In this document: piece by piece, positions 1 through 10,414 of the stretch
How the letters are laid out: each line of letters opens with the position of its first letter
Position numbering within the stretch: the first letter of the stretch is position 1
Source of the DNA: a virus
Taxonomy: Duplodnaviria; Heunggongvirae; Uroviricota; Caudoviricetes
Virus record (IMG/VR): IMGVR_UViG_3300049460_000121
Coordinates: 139,468 to 203,467 of that record
Direction: 5' to 3' (one strand)
Length of the DNA stretch: 64,000 nt
Notes under the pieces: model-generated
Databases searched by the model: none
The model's input: only the letters and a program-made list of their open reading frames with translations
Told to the model about the DNA's origin: nothing
Made by a program: the position numbers and the translations under genes

Positions 1-3000
1 GTGTTCCACAACGATTCCCTCGACTTGATGAAGGCGATCGGTAAGAACACCGCGTTGCCTGACTTCGTGAAGATGCGCAACACGGAGATCATCAAGGAAC
101 AACTCCGTCACCGTTTGGCGAACAACGTCATCGGTTCGGCCAGTAACTTCGCCAAGAAGCATTTGGGTTCGATCAAGGACAACCTGAGTCAATCGCTGGG
201 TGGAGCACTTGGCACCATCAGCATGGCCAACTCCATGGGCGGTGGGATGTCGCGCTCTGCGATGGCCGGTCAAGCCGCAGGTGGTCTGGTTTCTGATGGC
301 CTGGGTGACTTGCTGGAGTTCGCGATTAAGGAAGGGTTGACCAAACTCGGCCTTGGCAAACAAGCCGGGATGGTGAAGGACGGTGGTCGTTGGCTGCAAG
401 ACAAGCTCTCGGGTACGTCGCAGCGTCTGAACGATTATGCTCGTAGCGAAACCAATTCCACCGGTTTGAAAGGTCAGTTCGAAGATTGGGCCAAGCGTCA
501 ACTCGACTCTTACTCGATCACGGACAAGATCAACGGTGGTGGCGTTTATGCCCTCGATGAATCGGCCAAGTTCGACAACCTGTTCCATAAGACAGTTGTC
601 GAGATCATTCCTGGTCAATTGTCCTCCATGGAGAAATGGCTTCGTACCATTGCCACGGGTGAGCAGCAAGACGAACATGCGTACAGTCATTACACGGGCG
701 GCTTTGTTACTCGTGATGTGCTGAACCAGCAACACGTCGACATCGGCTTGAAAGCAGGTGCGGGTGACGCGGTTCGTAAGCAGCTCGACTACCAGCTCAA
801 GGACATGGAAGCTGAAAGCCTGAGTCCTAAAGCGCGCCGTGCTCTGCGTGCCCGTCTCATGACGGACATGTCGAGTAACCGTGACTTCAACCCGAAGACC
901 TACGTCAAACCGGACACCTGGACCAACGCTGCGCCGGAAGTCGCTGAGGAGCTGGTAGAGTTCTTCGCTGACAAGTACGGCATCAATATCGACGGCGAGT
1001 ACGACGATAGCGATGAAGTGGCTAAAGACCTACGTACCAAGGCGCGTGCTGGGTACTTGGACTTGGCTCCTCGTATCACCGACTACACCAGCCGTATGGC
1101 AGGTCTGTCTGAAGTGATCGGTCGTCGCTCCTGGCGTGAGCTGGGTCTGTCGAAGTATGACGGACGTAACGGCGACACCATCGACACGAACGCGATCTAC
1201 GACAAGATCGCTAACGAAGGTGGTGACGAGTTCATTGATGATCGGAAGGAGGAAGAGAAGCCCGAAGACTTCACTTGGTCGAAACAAGGTCTGAAGGACG
1301 GGATCAATGCCCGTGCTGACTTGGCTCGTAAGAAGCTGGCAGAGAAGGAAGCTGAGCAGAAGCGTCTCGAAGAGAAAGCGGCGAAAGCGGCTGCTGGTCT
1401 GCGCGTGGACGTGGATGGAGGCAAGACCACTCCAGGTGCCAAGGTTGGAGCTGCTCCAGCTCCCGTGATTGTAACCGGTCAGTTCAGTCTGGATCCTATC
1501 AGCATTAATCTGCTGACCAGTTCCCTGAGCGAAGTGTTGACTCAGTCCGGTGCTGGTCAATGGGAAATGACGCTGCCTGAAGTACTGGAAACAGTCGACG
1601 GTGGAACTCACGAACGTCTGGACGCTATCCTCGCCGCGGTGAAGGAGATCGATCCATGTGGTTGTGAAGGTCGTTCCCCTGGCGGACGCGTTGATTTCAA
1701 CCTCGTTGAGAACGCTGCCTCTGCTCGCGATTACGTTACCAAGCGTTATAAAGACGCTAACCTTCCTGCCCGTTGGGACATGGCTCGTGGTTACGTGACT
1801 GATCGCTACGATGAGTTCGGGATGCCTGAACGCATCGATCAAGCACGGGGTTATGTCGAAGGTAAGTTTGACGAACACAACGTCAGAGGTCGTATCACTG
1901 ACGCTCGCGATCAGGCGATGAGCAAGTACCATGGTCTCGACATCCCTGGCCGTATCGCCGATGCCCGTAATAAGGCGCAGGAGCAGTGGGATGGCTTTGA
2001 CGCACAGGGTCGGCTGGATGCGGCTCGTCAGCGCGTTGGAGAGTTCGACGCCCAAGGGAAGTTAATAACTCTCGGCGATAAAGCCCGCGCCAGGTACGAT
2101 GGGTTCGATGCGCAAGGGACGCTCGACAACGTTCGTGGACAAGCCGGCGAGATGTGGGACCAGATGGATGCTCGCGGCCGTGCTGAGTCTCTACGAGATA
2201 AAGCGCTAGGCAAGTGGGATGAGCTCGACGTCAAGGGTCGTGCAGAAGGTCTGCGTGATAAGGCGCGTGAGAAGCTGGGTGAGTTTGATCCTAAGGATGC
2301 TTTCGAGCGTGCGAAGGAATTCGTCAGCAATGCGTTCGGTGGCGCAACCGAAGGTAGTAGCGCGTACTGGGACCGCATGCGTGAAGTGTTGGCCGAGGAG
2401 CTCCATCGTGCCGGCTATGCAGGCGGTGGTGGAGAAGAAGGTCCTGAAGGCGAACCATCTCCTACCGGTAAGCGTGGAATCGGTGGTCGTATCTGGGGTG
2501 CTGCGAAGAGAGCGCCAGGTCAAGCCATCCGTGGTCTGGGCAGTTACCTGGGCTGGTCGTACCGCACGATGGGTACGATTGCAGGTACAGTAGGCCGTGG
2601 CGCTGTCGGTGGGGCTAAGCTTCCATTCAAGTCGATCAATGGTCTCGGTGTCTCCGATGTCCATGTGCAGGGTGAAGCTGAACCTGCATTGACTGCGAAG
2701 GACATCCGTCGCGGTTACTACTTCGACGTCAACAGTAAGAAAGTCATTACCAGCCTTAAAGACATCACCGGACCTGTGAAGAACCGTGAAGGTGAGTTTG
2801 TTCTGACTCAGGAAGAGTTCGACAAAGGTCTGATGTCTGGTGATGGCGAATCCCTTGCTGGATGGATTGGTCGTAAGGGTCTCGGTGCAGGTGTTGGTCT
2901 GATCGGACTCACTGGTCGGTACATGCAGAACACCTACGGCTTGCTGGGCAAAGCGGTGAAAGGCGCCTTTAACTTGGCGTTCGATCAGTTCGTGCAATTC

Positions 3001-6000
3001 GATGCCTACTTCCCAGGTGATGAAGAACCCCGCATCCGCTCGTCTCTGCTGAAGAAAGGTTTCTACCGCGACAAAGACGGCGCTCCGCTGAAGTCCCTCA
3101 AAGACATCACGGGTCCAGTGTTCGACATCGATGACAATGAAGTCATCTCGCAAGAGGAGCTCGACAAGTACAAGTCGCTCTACACGCGCAACGGTTCGCT
3201 GTTGTTCACTGTGGGTCGTGGCTTGGTCTCGGCAACGGCGTGGGCCGGTGACCTGGCATTGAGAGGTGCTAAAGGTTACGCTCGCATGGCCGGTAAGTTC
3301 TACAAGGGATTGTGGAAAGGCGCTAAGGCCGTGGGTCGTGGTGTCAAGGGCATGGCCATGGGTCTGGCTGGTAAGCTGGGCTTCAAGTCCGGTACTCCTG
3401 AAGCGTCCGCTGCCGGTGGCATGTACGGTGGTGACGAGGAACTCCATACCGCGTTGTTTGAAGTGGGTATCGAGCAACTCAAGATGCAACGGAGCATCTA
3501 CGAGCTCCTCCGTAACAAGTTCAAGATGGAACAGAACGACAAGTGGGACCTCGATGGTGATGGTGACCGCGACAACTCTTGGGCGGACATCCTGAAACGT
3601 CGTAAGGCGAAGAAGGACGGTAAGGACGCACGAGGGACCGGTAACAACGCAGACGTAGTCGCAGCGATCGACAAGCTCGGTAAGAACTTGGACGGTGCTA
3701 TCGATGAGCTCGGTGACCGTGTCGAAGAGGCTGGTGAAGACGGCATGTTGGATCAGGCCTCTGACCTGGCTGAAATCTCCGACAGTTGGGGTGGTGGCGA
3801 GGGTGAAGGTCGCCGCCGTCGTGGTCGGCGTGGTAGTCGAGGCGGCAGAGGTCGTGGTCGGTTGGGTCGTATTGGTGGTCGTCTCGGCGGGATGGGTTCT
3901 CGCATCGCGGGTTCTCGTGCAGCTGGCATGGCTGTCCGTGGCGGTACCATGGCCGTCGAAGGTGCGATGGCAGCCGGTAGTGCTTTGATGGGTACGGCGG
4001 CCATGGGTTCGATCATGGCGTCGGCTACGTCAGGTCTGATGGCTGCTGGTACTTTGGCCGCCGGCGCAGCTGCAACTGTGGGTGGTTGGCTTGCCGCAGG
4101 TGCAACGGCGGTAGGTGCGGTCTTGTCCGCTCCAGTGGTGTTGGCCATCGCAGCTGTGGCGGCTATCGGTTACGTCGGCTACCGTTGGTACAAATCCTCG
4201 CAAGCCAAGGACAACCCGATCTTCTATCTGCGGATGACGCAGTACGGTGTTGCGCCTACAGACGAGACGCGGGTTAAGCAGATGTTGGCCTTGGAAGAGT
4301 TGCTCCTTCCGGGCGTGTCCTTCTCCGGTGAGAAAGCCAGCATCGATGCTTCGAAGGTTAGCATTCCAAAACTCATGGAGATCCTTGAGATCGAAGAGGG
4401 TGAGGACAAGCGCCTGAAGTGGGCATTGAAATGGTTGGCTCAACGTTTCCGTCCCGTGTTCCTCGCACACGTTGGCGGTATGAAGAAAACAGTGAAGTCC
4501 ACTAAGCTCAGCGAAGCGGACCAACTGATCGACGGGTCGGTGATCAAAGAGTTCCTCGAGATCGTTGACCTGAAGAACTTCGAGAAGATCTACAACGCCA
4601 TCCTAGAGTCTCCGTTCGATTCGACGATGGGCTTTGGCGGTTCGTTGGACTGCGGCGCTAGCGACGTTGAGGACGCGTTCGCTCTGGTACGGGATCGGAT
4701 CAAGGAGACCGAGAAGAAACCTGAAGACGCAGCTGCGGCTAAGGCTCAGGAGAAACCGAAGGACCTGGCCGATTCTGATGATCCAGCCGGTGAGTTGGGT
4801 AAAGCGGTAGCCGGCATTGCGGGCTCTGCGACGGCCATCATGGCAGCGCAAGCTGGGAAGACCAAGCGGGATGAAGGAGAACCGCTGGACATTGGCGGGA
4901 TGATTCGCAGTGGGGTCGATCCTACTACGGCATTACCTCCTACGGCTGCGGGTGCTGGGTTACTGATGACAGCCTTGCCATTACCTCCAGGTGGTCCGGT
5001 GTCGAAGGAAGTGGATGGGGCTACGGTCTCTACTGCGGCTGCTTCTCCGGATGACCCTGCGGCGATGATGCGTTGGACGAACGAACCATTGAAAGCGGCA
5101 GATCCAATGTCGGTGGTAGGTAGTGCGGTTGGTAGTTTGTTGCAGAACTACTACCAAGTCCAGGCGAGTAAGGTGAAAGCCTACAATTCGTCGCTGGACA
5201 TTCCGACGGCGGTGCGTTACCTGGCATACGGTGTGACCAGCTTCGAAGACGAGAAGTGCAAACAACTGCAACGAGTCGAAGAGCTCTATTGGGACTTCCT
5301 GAAATTCAACGGCTACGACAACGCGTTGATTGATGGCGATCTCGCTGGTCTGGAAGACACGGTGGTCAGCATCTTCGCTCCGACTGGGGGTAATCCTCGG
5401 AACGTGGTGACTTGGCTGCGCTATCGTTTCATGCCAGCGTACCTGCAATACGCGATCTCTGTCCGTCGTCGTCTACCTGGTGATGTACGCCAAGCTCCTC
5501 GGAACCTGACCAGTGCGCTGATGCGCGACGTATTACTGGAAACGGCTCAGGCGGTAGACAGTGAGTCCGGTCAATCGGTCTGGTTGAGTATGACTAGTCC
5601 TTGGCCTGACTACGTGTTGGGTAAAGACGCTGGCGAGGCGACTCCTTACATCGATGCATTACCTCAGTCCCTGAAGACGCTTACCGTCGATGGTCTGAAG
5701 AACCTCATCGGTAAGGCCGCTGGTTCGAAAGCTGAAGAAGCCGATCCTGAGATTGAAGGCAGTAACCTGAACCAAGGTTCGCCTAACCAAGAGAAGGAAG
5801 AAGGTGGTCTCTTCAGTAACGCCGTGAGTTCGGTGAAGAAATTCTTCGGCTTCGGTGGCGATCCAGCAGGTACAGCCGCAGGTGCTAACTCTAGTGCAGG
5901 TGGTCAGTACGGTCCTCAGGGCGGTGGTCCTGGTTATACACCTATCCCAGGCATGGGTGGCGGTAGTGGCGGAGGTGGCGGTGCTACTGGTTCTCCAGCA

Positions 6001-7272
6001 GCTCCTGGTGGCGTGGAGGTTACTCACCCAGGCGGTGGTTCGGGTGGCGACATCAACTCGCTTCCGCAATCTAACGGCAGTGGCTGGGAGGCGATGAAAG
6101 GAATCATCATCGGTGCTGCGAAGATGGCGGGTTTCGATCCGTTCATTGCAGCGAACGTGGCCGCTGTGGAATCTCGGTTCCTACCACGGGCAGGCGCAGG
6201 TACTTCGTCGGCGAAAGGTCTCTACCAATTCGTCAACGGTACATGGAAGGACATGCTGCGTAAGTACGGCAAGAAGTACGGTATCGCGCCGAACACCCAC
6301 CAGTTTGACCCACGGGCGAACGCATTGATGGGGATGGAATACCTGAAAGAGAACTACGCCTACTTGAAAAGTAAGGTGAAAGGCCCTATCACGGATACCG
6401 CCCTCTACAGTGCTCACTTCCTCGGGGCGGGTGGTGCGCGTAAGTTCTTGACAGCTCCAGGTTCGGCTAACGCAGAGGACGTGGTAGGCAGTTCAGCAGT
6501 TAAGGCTAACGCATCGGTGTTCCGCGAACCAACTGGGCAGAAGGGTGTTTATGGTCGTGTTCGGACTGTGGCAGAGACCATGGCTGAGCTCGACAAACGC
6601 ATGAAGAACATGCAGAAAGTGCATGACCTCAAGCCCGGTGAGAAACCTGTCGTTGCAGAAGGTACTGAAGCCAAAGGTGTCGATAACGCTCCTCAGAACA
6701 GCGAGGGCGAATCCGGCGGCGCGGCTCCTGAGACCGGGATGGATACCACAGCAGCACAAGGAGGTGGAGGCAATACTCAGGCTCAGGATGTTGGCGCTAC
6801 TGCCAATGGCGCAGCTTCTGGCTCGTCTGCGGCTGTCAACACCCAGCAGGCCCCTGAAGGTGGATCCGCAGCGCCTACCGGTTCTGTTGACTCCCCATCC
6901 TCAGCTCCGTCTACTCCAACGATCTCGCAATCCACTACGTCTCAAAACCAGAACACCACGGCTGCTTCTACCGCGGAAATGGCAGCGAGCGTGGGTCCGT
7001 TGCTGCAACAGCAACTGGAAGTGCAGAAGTCGATGGATGGTAGCCTGAAGGAAATCCGGGAATACCTGAAAGCCATGTCAGCGCAGTCACCAGCCCCAGC
7101 GGCATCGGGTAGTGAGTCACCGCTACCTCAGCCAGGAAGTAAGGGTGGGCAGCGTCAGTGGGCAGCTGAGGACGATCCATCCGTGGTATCCACTCAGTCC
7201 CGTTCCACACCGCCGAGCACCGGTAGCGGTCGTAACCCGATCAACACCCGTCGCACCAACGCCGTAACGTAA
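1..7272 (+). CDS. Giant tail-associated protein (tape-measure-like) with C-terminal lytic transglycosylase domain, phiKZ gp181-like; probably 5'-truncated by the window edge
   Basis: 2423-aa ORF open from base 1. SLT motifs AAVESRF...SSAKGLYQF..GTW and Y.AHFLG.GGA at about 6135-6600. Hydrophobic Gly/Ala helices in the middle; size fits gp181-like proteins. Confidence 0.85.
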   Translation: MFHNDSLDLMKAIGKNTALPDFVKMRNTEIIKEQLRHRLANNVIGSASNFAKKHLGSIKDNLSQSLGGALGTISMANSMGGGMSRSAMAGQAAGGLVSDGLGDLLEFAIKEGLTKLGLGKQAGMVKDGGRWLQDKLSGTSQRLNDYARSETNSTGLKGQFEDWAKRQLDSYSITDKINGGGVYALDESAKFDNLFHKTVVEIIPGQLSSMEKWLRTIATGEQQDEHAYSHYTGGFVTRDVLNQQHVDIGLKAGAGDAVRKQLDYQLKDMEAESLSPKARRALRARLMTDMSSNRDFNPKTYVKPDTWTNAAPEVAEELVEFFADKYGINIDGEYDDSDEVAKDLRTKARAGYLDLAPRITDYTSRMAGLSEVIGRRSWRELGLSKYDGRNGDTIDTNAIYDKIANEGGDEFIDDRKEEEKPEDFTWSKQGLKDGINARADLARKKLAEKEAEQKRLEEKAAKAAAGLRVDVDGGKTTPGAKVGAAPAPVIVTGQFSLDPISINLLTSSLSEVLTQSGAGQWEMTLPEVLETVDGGTHERLDAILAAVKEIDPCGCEGRSPGGRVDFNLVENAASARDYVTKRYKDANLPARWDMARGYVTDRYDEFGMPERIDQARGYVEGKFDEHNVRGRITDARDQAMSKYHGLDIPGRIADARNKAQEQWDGFDAQGRLDAARQRVGEFDAQGKLITLGDKARARYDGFDAQGTLDNVRGQAGEMWDQMDARGRAESLRDKALGKWDELDVKGRAEGLRDKAREKLGEFDPKDAFERAKEFVSNAFGGATEGSSAYWDRMREVLAEELHRAGYAGGGGEEGPEGEPSPTGKRGIGGRIWGAAKRAPGQAIRGLGSYLGWSYRTMGTIAGTVGRGAVGGAKLPFKSINGLGVSDVHVQGEAEPALTAKDIRRGYYFDVNSKKVITSLKDITGPVKNREGEFVLTQEEFDKGLMSGDGESLAGWIGRKGLGAGVGLIGLTGRYMQNTYGLLGKAVKGAFNLAFDQFVQFDAYFPGDEEPRIRSSLLKKGFYRDKDGAPLKSLKDITGPVFDIDDNEVISQEELDKYKSLYTRNGSLLFTVGRGLVSATAWAGDLALRGAKGYARMAGKFYKGLWKGAKAVGRGVKGMAMGLAGKLGFKSGTPEASAAGGMYGGDEELHTALFEVGIEQLKMQRSIYELLRNKFKMEQNDKWDLDGDGDRDNSWADILKRRKAKKDGKDARGTGNNADVVAAIDKLGKNLDGAIDELGDRVEEAGEDGMLDQASDLAEISDSWGGGEGEGRRRRGRRGSRGGRGRGRLGRIGGRLGGMGSRIAGSRAAGMAVRGGTMAVEGAMAAGSALMGTAAMGSIMASATSGLMAAGTLAAGAAATVGGWLAAGATAVGAVLSAPVVLAIAAVAAIGYVGYRWYKSSQAKDNPIFYLRMTQYGVAPTDETRVKQMLALEELLLPGVSFSGEKASIDASKVSIPKLMEILEIEEGEDKRLKWALKWLAQRFRPVFLAHVGGMKKTVKSTKLSEADQLIDGSVIKEFLEIVDLKNFEKIYNAILESPFDSTMGFGGSLDCGASDVEDAFALVRDRIKETEKKPEDAAAAKAQEKPKDLADSDDPAGELGKAVAGIAGSATAIMAAQAGKTKRDEGEPLDIGGMIRSGVDPTTALPPTAAGAGLLMTALPLPPGGPVSKEVDGATVSTAAASPDDPAAMMRWTNEPLKAADPMSVVGSAVGSLLQNYYQVQASKVKAYNSSLDIPTAVRYLAYGVTSFEDEKCKQLQRVEELYWDFLKFNGYDNALIDGDLAGLEDTVVSIFAPTGGNPRNVVTWLRYRFMPAYLQYAISVRRRLPGDVRQAPRNLTSALMRDVLLETAQAVDSESGQSVWLSMTSPWPDYVLGKDAGEATPYIDALPQSLKTLTVDGLKNLIGKAAGSKAEEADPEIEGSNLNQGSPNQEKEEGGLFSNAVSSVKKFFGFGGDPAGTAAGANSSAGGQYGPQGGGPGYTPIPGMGGGSGGGGGATGSPAAPGGVEVTHPGGGSGGDINSLPQSNGSGWEAMKGIIIGAAKMAGFDPFIAANVAAVESRFLPRAGAGTSSAKGLYQFVNGTWKDMLRKYGKKYGIAPNTHQFDPRANALMGMEYLKENYAYLKSKVKGPITDTALYSAHFLGAGGARKFLTAPGSANAEDVVGSSAVKANASVFREPTGQKGVYGRVRTVAETMAELDKRMKNMQKVHDLKPGEKPVVAEGTEAKGVDNAPQNSEGESGGAAPETGMDTTAAQGGGGNTQAQDVGATANGAASGSSAAVNTQQAPEGGSAAPTGSVDSPSSAPSTPTISQSTTSQNQNTTAASTAEMAASVGPLLQQQLEVQKSMDGSLKEIREYLKAMSAQSPAPAASGSESPLPQPGSKGGQRQWAAEDDPSVVSTQSRSTPPSTGSGRNPINTRRTNAVT
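1720..2320 (+). repeat. About ten 20-aa amphipathic helical repeats inside the giant tail protein
   Basis: Units such as GYVTDRYDEFGMPERIDQAR, NKAQEQWDGFDAQGRLDAAR and DKALGKWDELDVKGRAEGLR; one unit is 16 aa. Confidence 0.8.
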
Positions 7273-7277
7273 ACCCT

Positions 7278-7299
7278 TGGGGGAGGTCACACTCCCCCA
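7278..7299 (+). terminator. GC-rich hairpin just after the tail gene (terminator or processing site)
   Basis: TGGGGGAG-gtcaca-CTCCCCCA, 8-bp stem, no U-tract. Confidence 0.4.
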
Positions 7300-7320
7300 T
7301 TCACCAACGGAGGTCTCCTC

Positions 7321-9270
7321 ATGGCAAGGACAACCCTGCTCGATAAAGCATGGGCCGGTCGTGCATTCCTTGTACCGCCTTCGTCACTTTCCGATACGCT
7401 GAACGATCGTCGGCGTTATTACAGTACCGCCTCTCGGAAGTTCACGGACACCAGTCTTGGTGGACACTTCGCACTTAACCCGTTGTCCCAGTTCACTGAG
7501 AACTGCGACTTCCCGCACAAGTCGGTATTCAGTGCGAGTAACGGGATGGGTCGCTGGTACAGTGAAGTGATTGACGACAACTCGCAGCTGGTTCACATCC
7601 GTTGCGGGGTGCCTAAGTTCAACTCCATGACCAACTTCTTCGGTAACTTCTACAACGTCCATGCGGGCGCTGTGGCACGAACAGGTCGTGGTCCAGACGT
7701 ATGGTTCCAAATCGGTAAGGCTGCCGGTATCATCGGTACCCTACCCCTGCAACCGTTTATCATGATCGGGTCTGCGATTAAGTTCGCGCTCGGCATGCCG
7801 CGGTCTAAGTTCTACTACCTCAAGCCAACCATGTACCCGTATTGGTACGCCGTGAACAACATGGTGAACGGGATCATGGTGAACTTGGGTCTGACGCCGA
7901 ACTTCTTGGCTGAAGACACCAAGCGGTTCTACGATCCGGTGCAGACTCCCACCGAAGCTGACCAGAGTGCTAACGCTCGGGTCTACGGCGAGATGATCAA
8001 CTCGGAAGGTGGGTTGGACTTCTTCGCCCTATCGACCAAGGCCCAGCGGCTGGCTGACCGTTATCGCAAGATGATGGATGCACAGCTGGACCAGTTGACG
8101 GGTAACCCTGAAACCCGTGCTGATGAATTGCGGACTATCCTGTTGGATGGTGCGATGGCCGGGACACGGAAGCTGGTGGATCGATCGTACTCACTCACCG
8201 ACTACGAGAAGGCCTACTTGGCTGCCTCCGGTGAATGGAACGACGCGTACCAGTATTCGTCGGAACAGGATACAACGGAAGATGAAGCATGGCTGACACG
8301 TCTCTGGAAGGAATCGGTATCGAACGCCCGCATGGGTGCAGACTTCGTGACCTTCCGCTGCAACCACACCGGTACGCAGTCTGAGTCGTTCAGCAACAGC
8401 ATGACTCAACCGACGCTACAGTCTGAGATCAACGGGATCAGTTCCCGTGCTCGGATGGCTCGATTCAACATCGCGGACGGGAACATCGCAGGACCCATCG
8501 GTTGGATGGCAGACAAGATCAAGTCTGTCGTGGCGGGTACCTTCGAAGCGTTCCAGATCGAAGGCTTCTTGGCATTGGCGGGTAACGCATTCGCCGACAT
8601 CCAGAAGACCTACGAAGCGTCCTCGGCTGACCTCAACCGAACCACACTCACGATCCCGCTGCGCTGTTGGGCTGCGGATGACTGGCTGCGGTTGAAGAAC
8701 TTGTTCATCCCACTGTGTGGCATCTTGGCATTGGGTCTCCCACGAGCAACAGGTCGTGCTTCCTACGACGGTCCGTTCTTGCTGGAGGTCTTTAACCAAG
8801 GTCGGACACAAATCCGCGAAGGGATGATTGAATCCATCTCGGTAGAACGTGGTGTGGGTGACATCGGTTGGACCAAGACGGGCAAACCACTGGGTATCGA
8901 TGTGACGATTACGATCGTTGACCTCTCGACCATCCTGTCGATGCCTATCAACCCAGGCTTCAGTAACCTCCAGGGCGCTGCTACCTTGGCTGCTGAAGCA
9001 TTGGCCGGTGATACAGGTGTTACAGCGGTGACTGCGTTGTCCAAAGCCACTTACGGTGAGGATAACAAATACACCGACTACCTGGCTACATTGGCCAGCC
9101 TTCCGTTCGAAGATCAGATCAGCACCAAACGCCGGTGGAAACTGGCAATGGCGCGTGGTCGGGCTGAGTACGGAGCGTGGAAGTCTCCAGCACGGATCGC
9201 ATCGGGTGTTCTCGATACGTTCCCAGGCGACATCATCAAGATGTTGTCTCTGCCGACAGCCCGAGGGTAA
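7321..9270 (+). CDS. Virion structural (tail/baseplate) protein, phiKZ gp182-like
   Basis: 649-aa ORF with SD GGAGG directly after the gp181-like gene. C-terminal half has a tube/hub-like pattern (GMIESISVERG.G.IGWT...PL.IDVTITIVDLS). Confidence 0.7.
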   Translation: MARTTLLDKAWAGRAFLVPPSSLSDTLNDRRRYYSTASRKFTDTSLGGHFALNPLSQFTENCDFPHKSVFSASNGMGRWYSEVIDDNSQLVHIRCGVPKFNSMTNFFGNFYNVHAGAVARTGRGPDVWFQIGKAAGIIGTLPLQPFIMIGSAIKFALGMPRSKFYYLKPTMYPYWYAVNNMVNGIMVNLGLTPNFLAEDTKRFYDPVQTPTEADQSANARVYGEMINSEGGLDFFALSTKAQRLADRYRKMMDAQLDQLTGNPETRADELRTILLDGAMAGTRKLVDRSYSLTDYEKAYLAASGEWNDAYQYSSEQDTTEDEAWLTRLWKESVSNARMGADFVTFRCNHTGTQSESFSNSMTQPTLQSEINGISSRARMARFNIADGNIAGPIGWMADKIKSVVAGTFEAFQIEGFLALAGNAFADIQKTYEASSADLNRTTLTIPLRCWAADDWLRLKNLFIPLCGILALGLPRATGRASYDGPFLLEVFNQGRTQIREGMIESISVERGVGDIGWTKTGKPLGIDVTITIVDLSTILSMPINPGFSNLQGAATLAAEALAGDTGVTAVTALSKATYGEDNKYTDYLATLASLPFEDQISTKRRWKLAMARGRAEYGAWKSPARIASGVLDTFPGDIIKMLSLPTARG

Positions 9271-9273
9271 ACA

Positions 9274-9308
9274 GCATAGAGGCAGGGCTACGCGCCCTGC
9301 CTCTATGC
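9274..9308. terminator. Bidirectional hairpin terminator between convergent genes
   Basis: Perfect 15-bp stem GCATAGAGGCAGGGC/GCCCTGCCTCTATGC with loop TACGC. Confidence 0.8.
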
Positions 9309-9309
9309 C

Positions 9310-10335
9310 CTATGCGCCAGTCTTGTTAACGACGTACCCGGCTGGGTACAGTTCAGCCTGCACACCACCGACGGTGTTCTGGCGAATGCCTCCACAGCTG
9401 ATAGCCATGGTGCGTTCTGGATCAGCCATCATCATCAGCGTCTTGGCATCACTCCCCAAGGCTACCCAGTTCTTGTAATCCGGGATAGGGACACCGTTAC
9501 GCAGTTTGGTGGTCCAGTACTGACTGATACGAGTCAGCGTGGCAATCAAGTAAGCGCGTTCGGCTCCTGAGTTGCGCATGTCGAAGTCTTCTGGGAACTT
9601 GTAGCCTGCCAGGATCTCCGCGATGGCGTTAGGGCGCTCGGACAACAGACCGTCAGCCCCCAGCTTGTCGAGTGCCTTATTGATCGACTTGAGGTCAGAG
9701 GTGTTGATGGCGTTTTCGATGATGCCGCGGAAGATAGCTTCTTTGACAGATTCATCGTGAGCCATCTCAGCGATGTCGTCGACCAAGTCACCAATGCCGT
9801 AACGCACCAGCTGTTTGGCGATACCACTCAGGATGCCAGCCTCGGCTCCCAAGTTGAAGAAGTTCATCAGCTCTGACTTGCCGGTGAGTTCGCCTACGAT
9901 CCTGAGGAGACCATCAGTGTCATCAACGTCAGCGCCCTTCACAAAGAGCGGTGCAGCACCGTAGAGGAGTTTACCTAAGTCAGCTACGTTACCGAAGCCA
10001 GCGTCTGCCAGCGTCTCTCCCAGGACGTTCTGGAGGGTACCGCCCACTTGACCAATCAGACTGGGTAGAGTAGACCCCATGGCGCTCAGGGCTTTGTCCA
10101 CCATCTCCATCTTGGTCAGGTTACCGGCCTTAGCTCCCATGACCAGTTCAGCCAGTTCCCGTGGAGAACTGGTGTTACCTTTCAAACCATCGATAGCGTC
10201 CGACCAGATACCTTTGCTGGTCTCGAATACGCTGTTACGGGTTTCCCCGGTGGTGACTTCGTACGTGTCTTTCACCAAGAGCTTGTCGGATGGACGCCCT
10301 TGGAACATCGAATTTGCTAAGCGACCAGTTGTCAT
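9310..10335 (-). CDS. Hypothetical protein, probably virion structural
   Basis: 341-aa ORF, SD GAGG, codon usage like the structural genes; helical Gly/Ala-rich sequence. Confidence 0.7.
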   Translation of the reverse strand: MTTGRLANSMFQGRPSDKLLVKDTYEVTTGETRNSVFETSKGIWSDAIDGLKGNTSSPRELAELVMGAKAGNLTKMEMVDKALSAMGSTLPSLIGQVGGTLQNVLGETLADAGFGNVADLGKLLYGAAPLFVKGADVDDTDGLLRIVGELTGKSELMNFFNLGAEAGILSGIAKQLVRYGIGDLVDDIAEMAHDESVKEAIFRGIIENAINTSDLKSINKALDKLGADGLLSERPNAIAEILAGYKFPEDFDMRNSGAERAYLIATLTRISQYWTTKLRNGVPIPDYKNWVALGSDAKTLMMMADPERTMAISCGGIRQNTVGGVQAELYPAGYVVNKTGA

Positions 10336-10369
10336 GATAAACCTCGCGTTGTCTACACAAGATCAACAC

Positions 10370-10410
10370 AAAAAAAGAAAGGGCATAAAGCGGAGGGTTT
10401 CCCCTCCGCT
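10370..10410 (-). terminator. Rho-independent terminator
   Basis: Stem AGCGGAGGG/CCCTCCGCT with GAAA loop, followed on the minus strand by TTATGC and a T-tract. Confidence 0.75.
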
Positions 10411-10414
10411 CTGT

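Noticed and set aside
1030-3489. Minus-strand ORFs of 341 and 427 aa
   Set aside because: Shadows of the giant tail gene.
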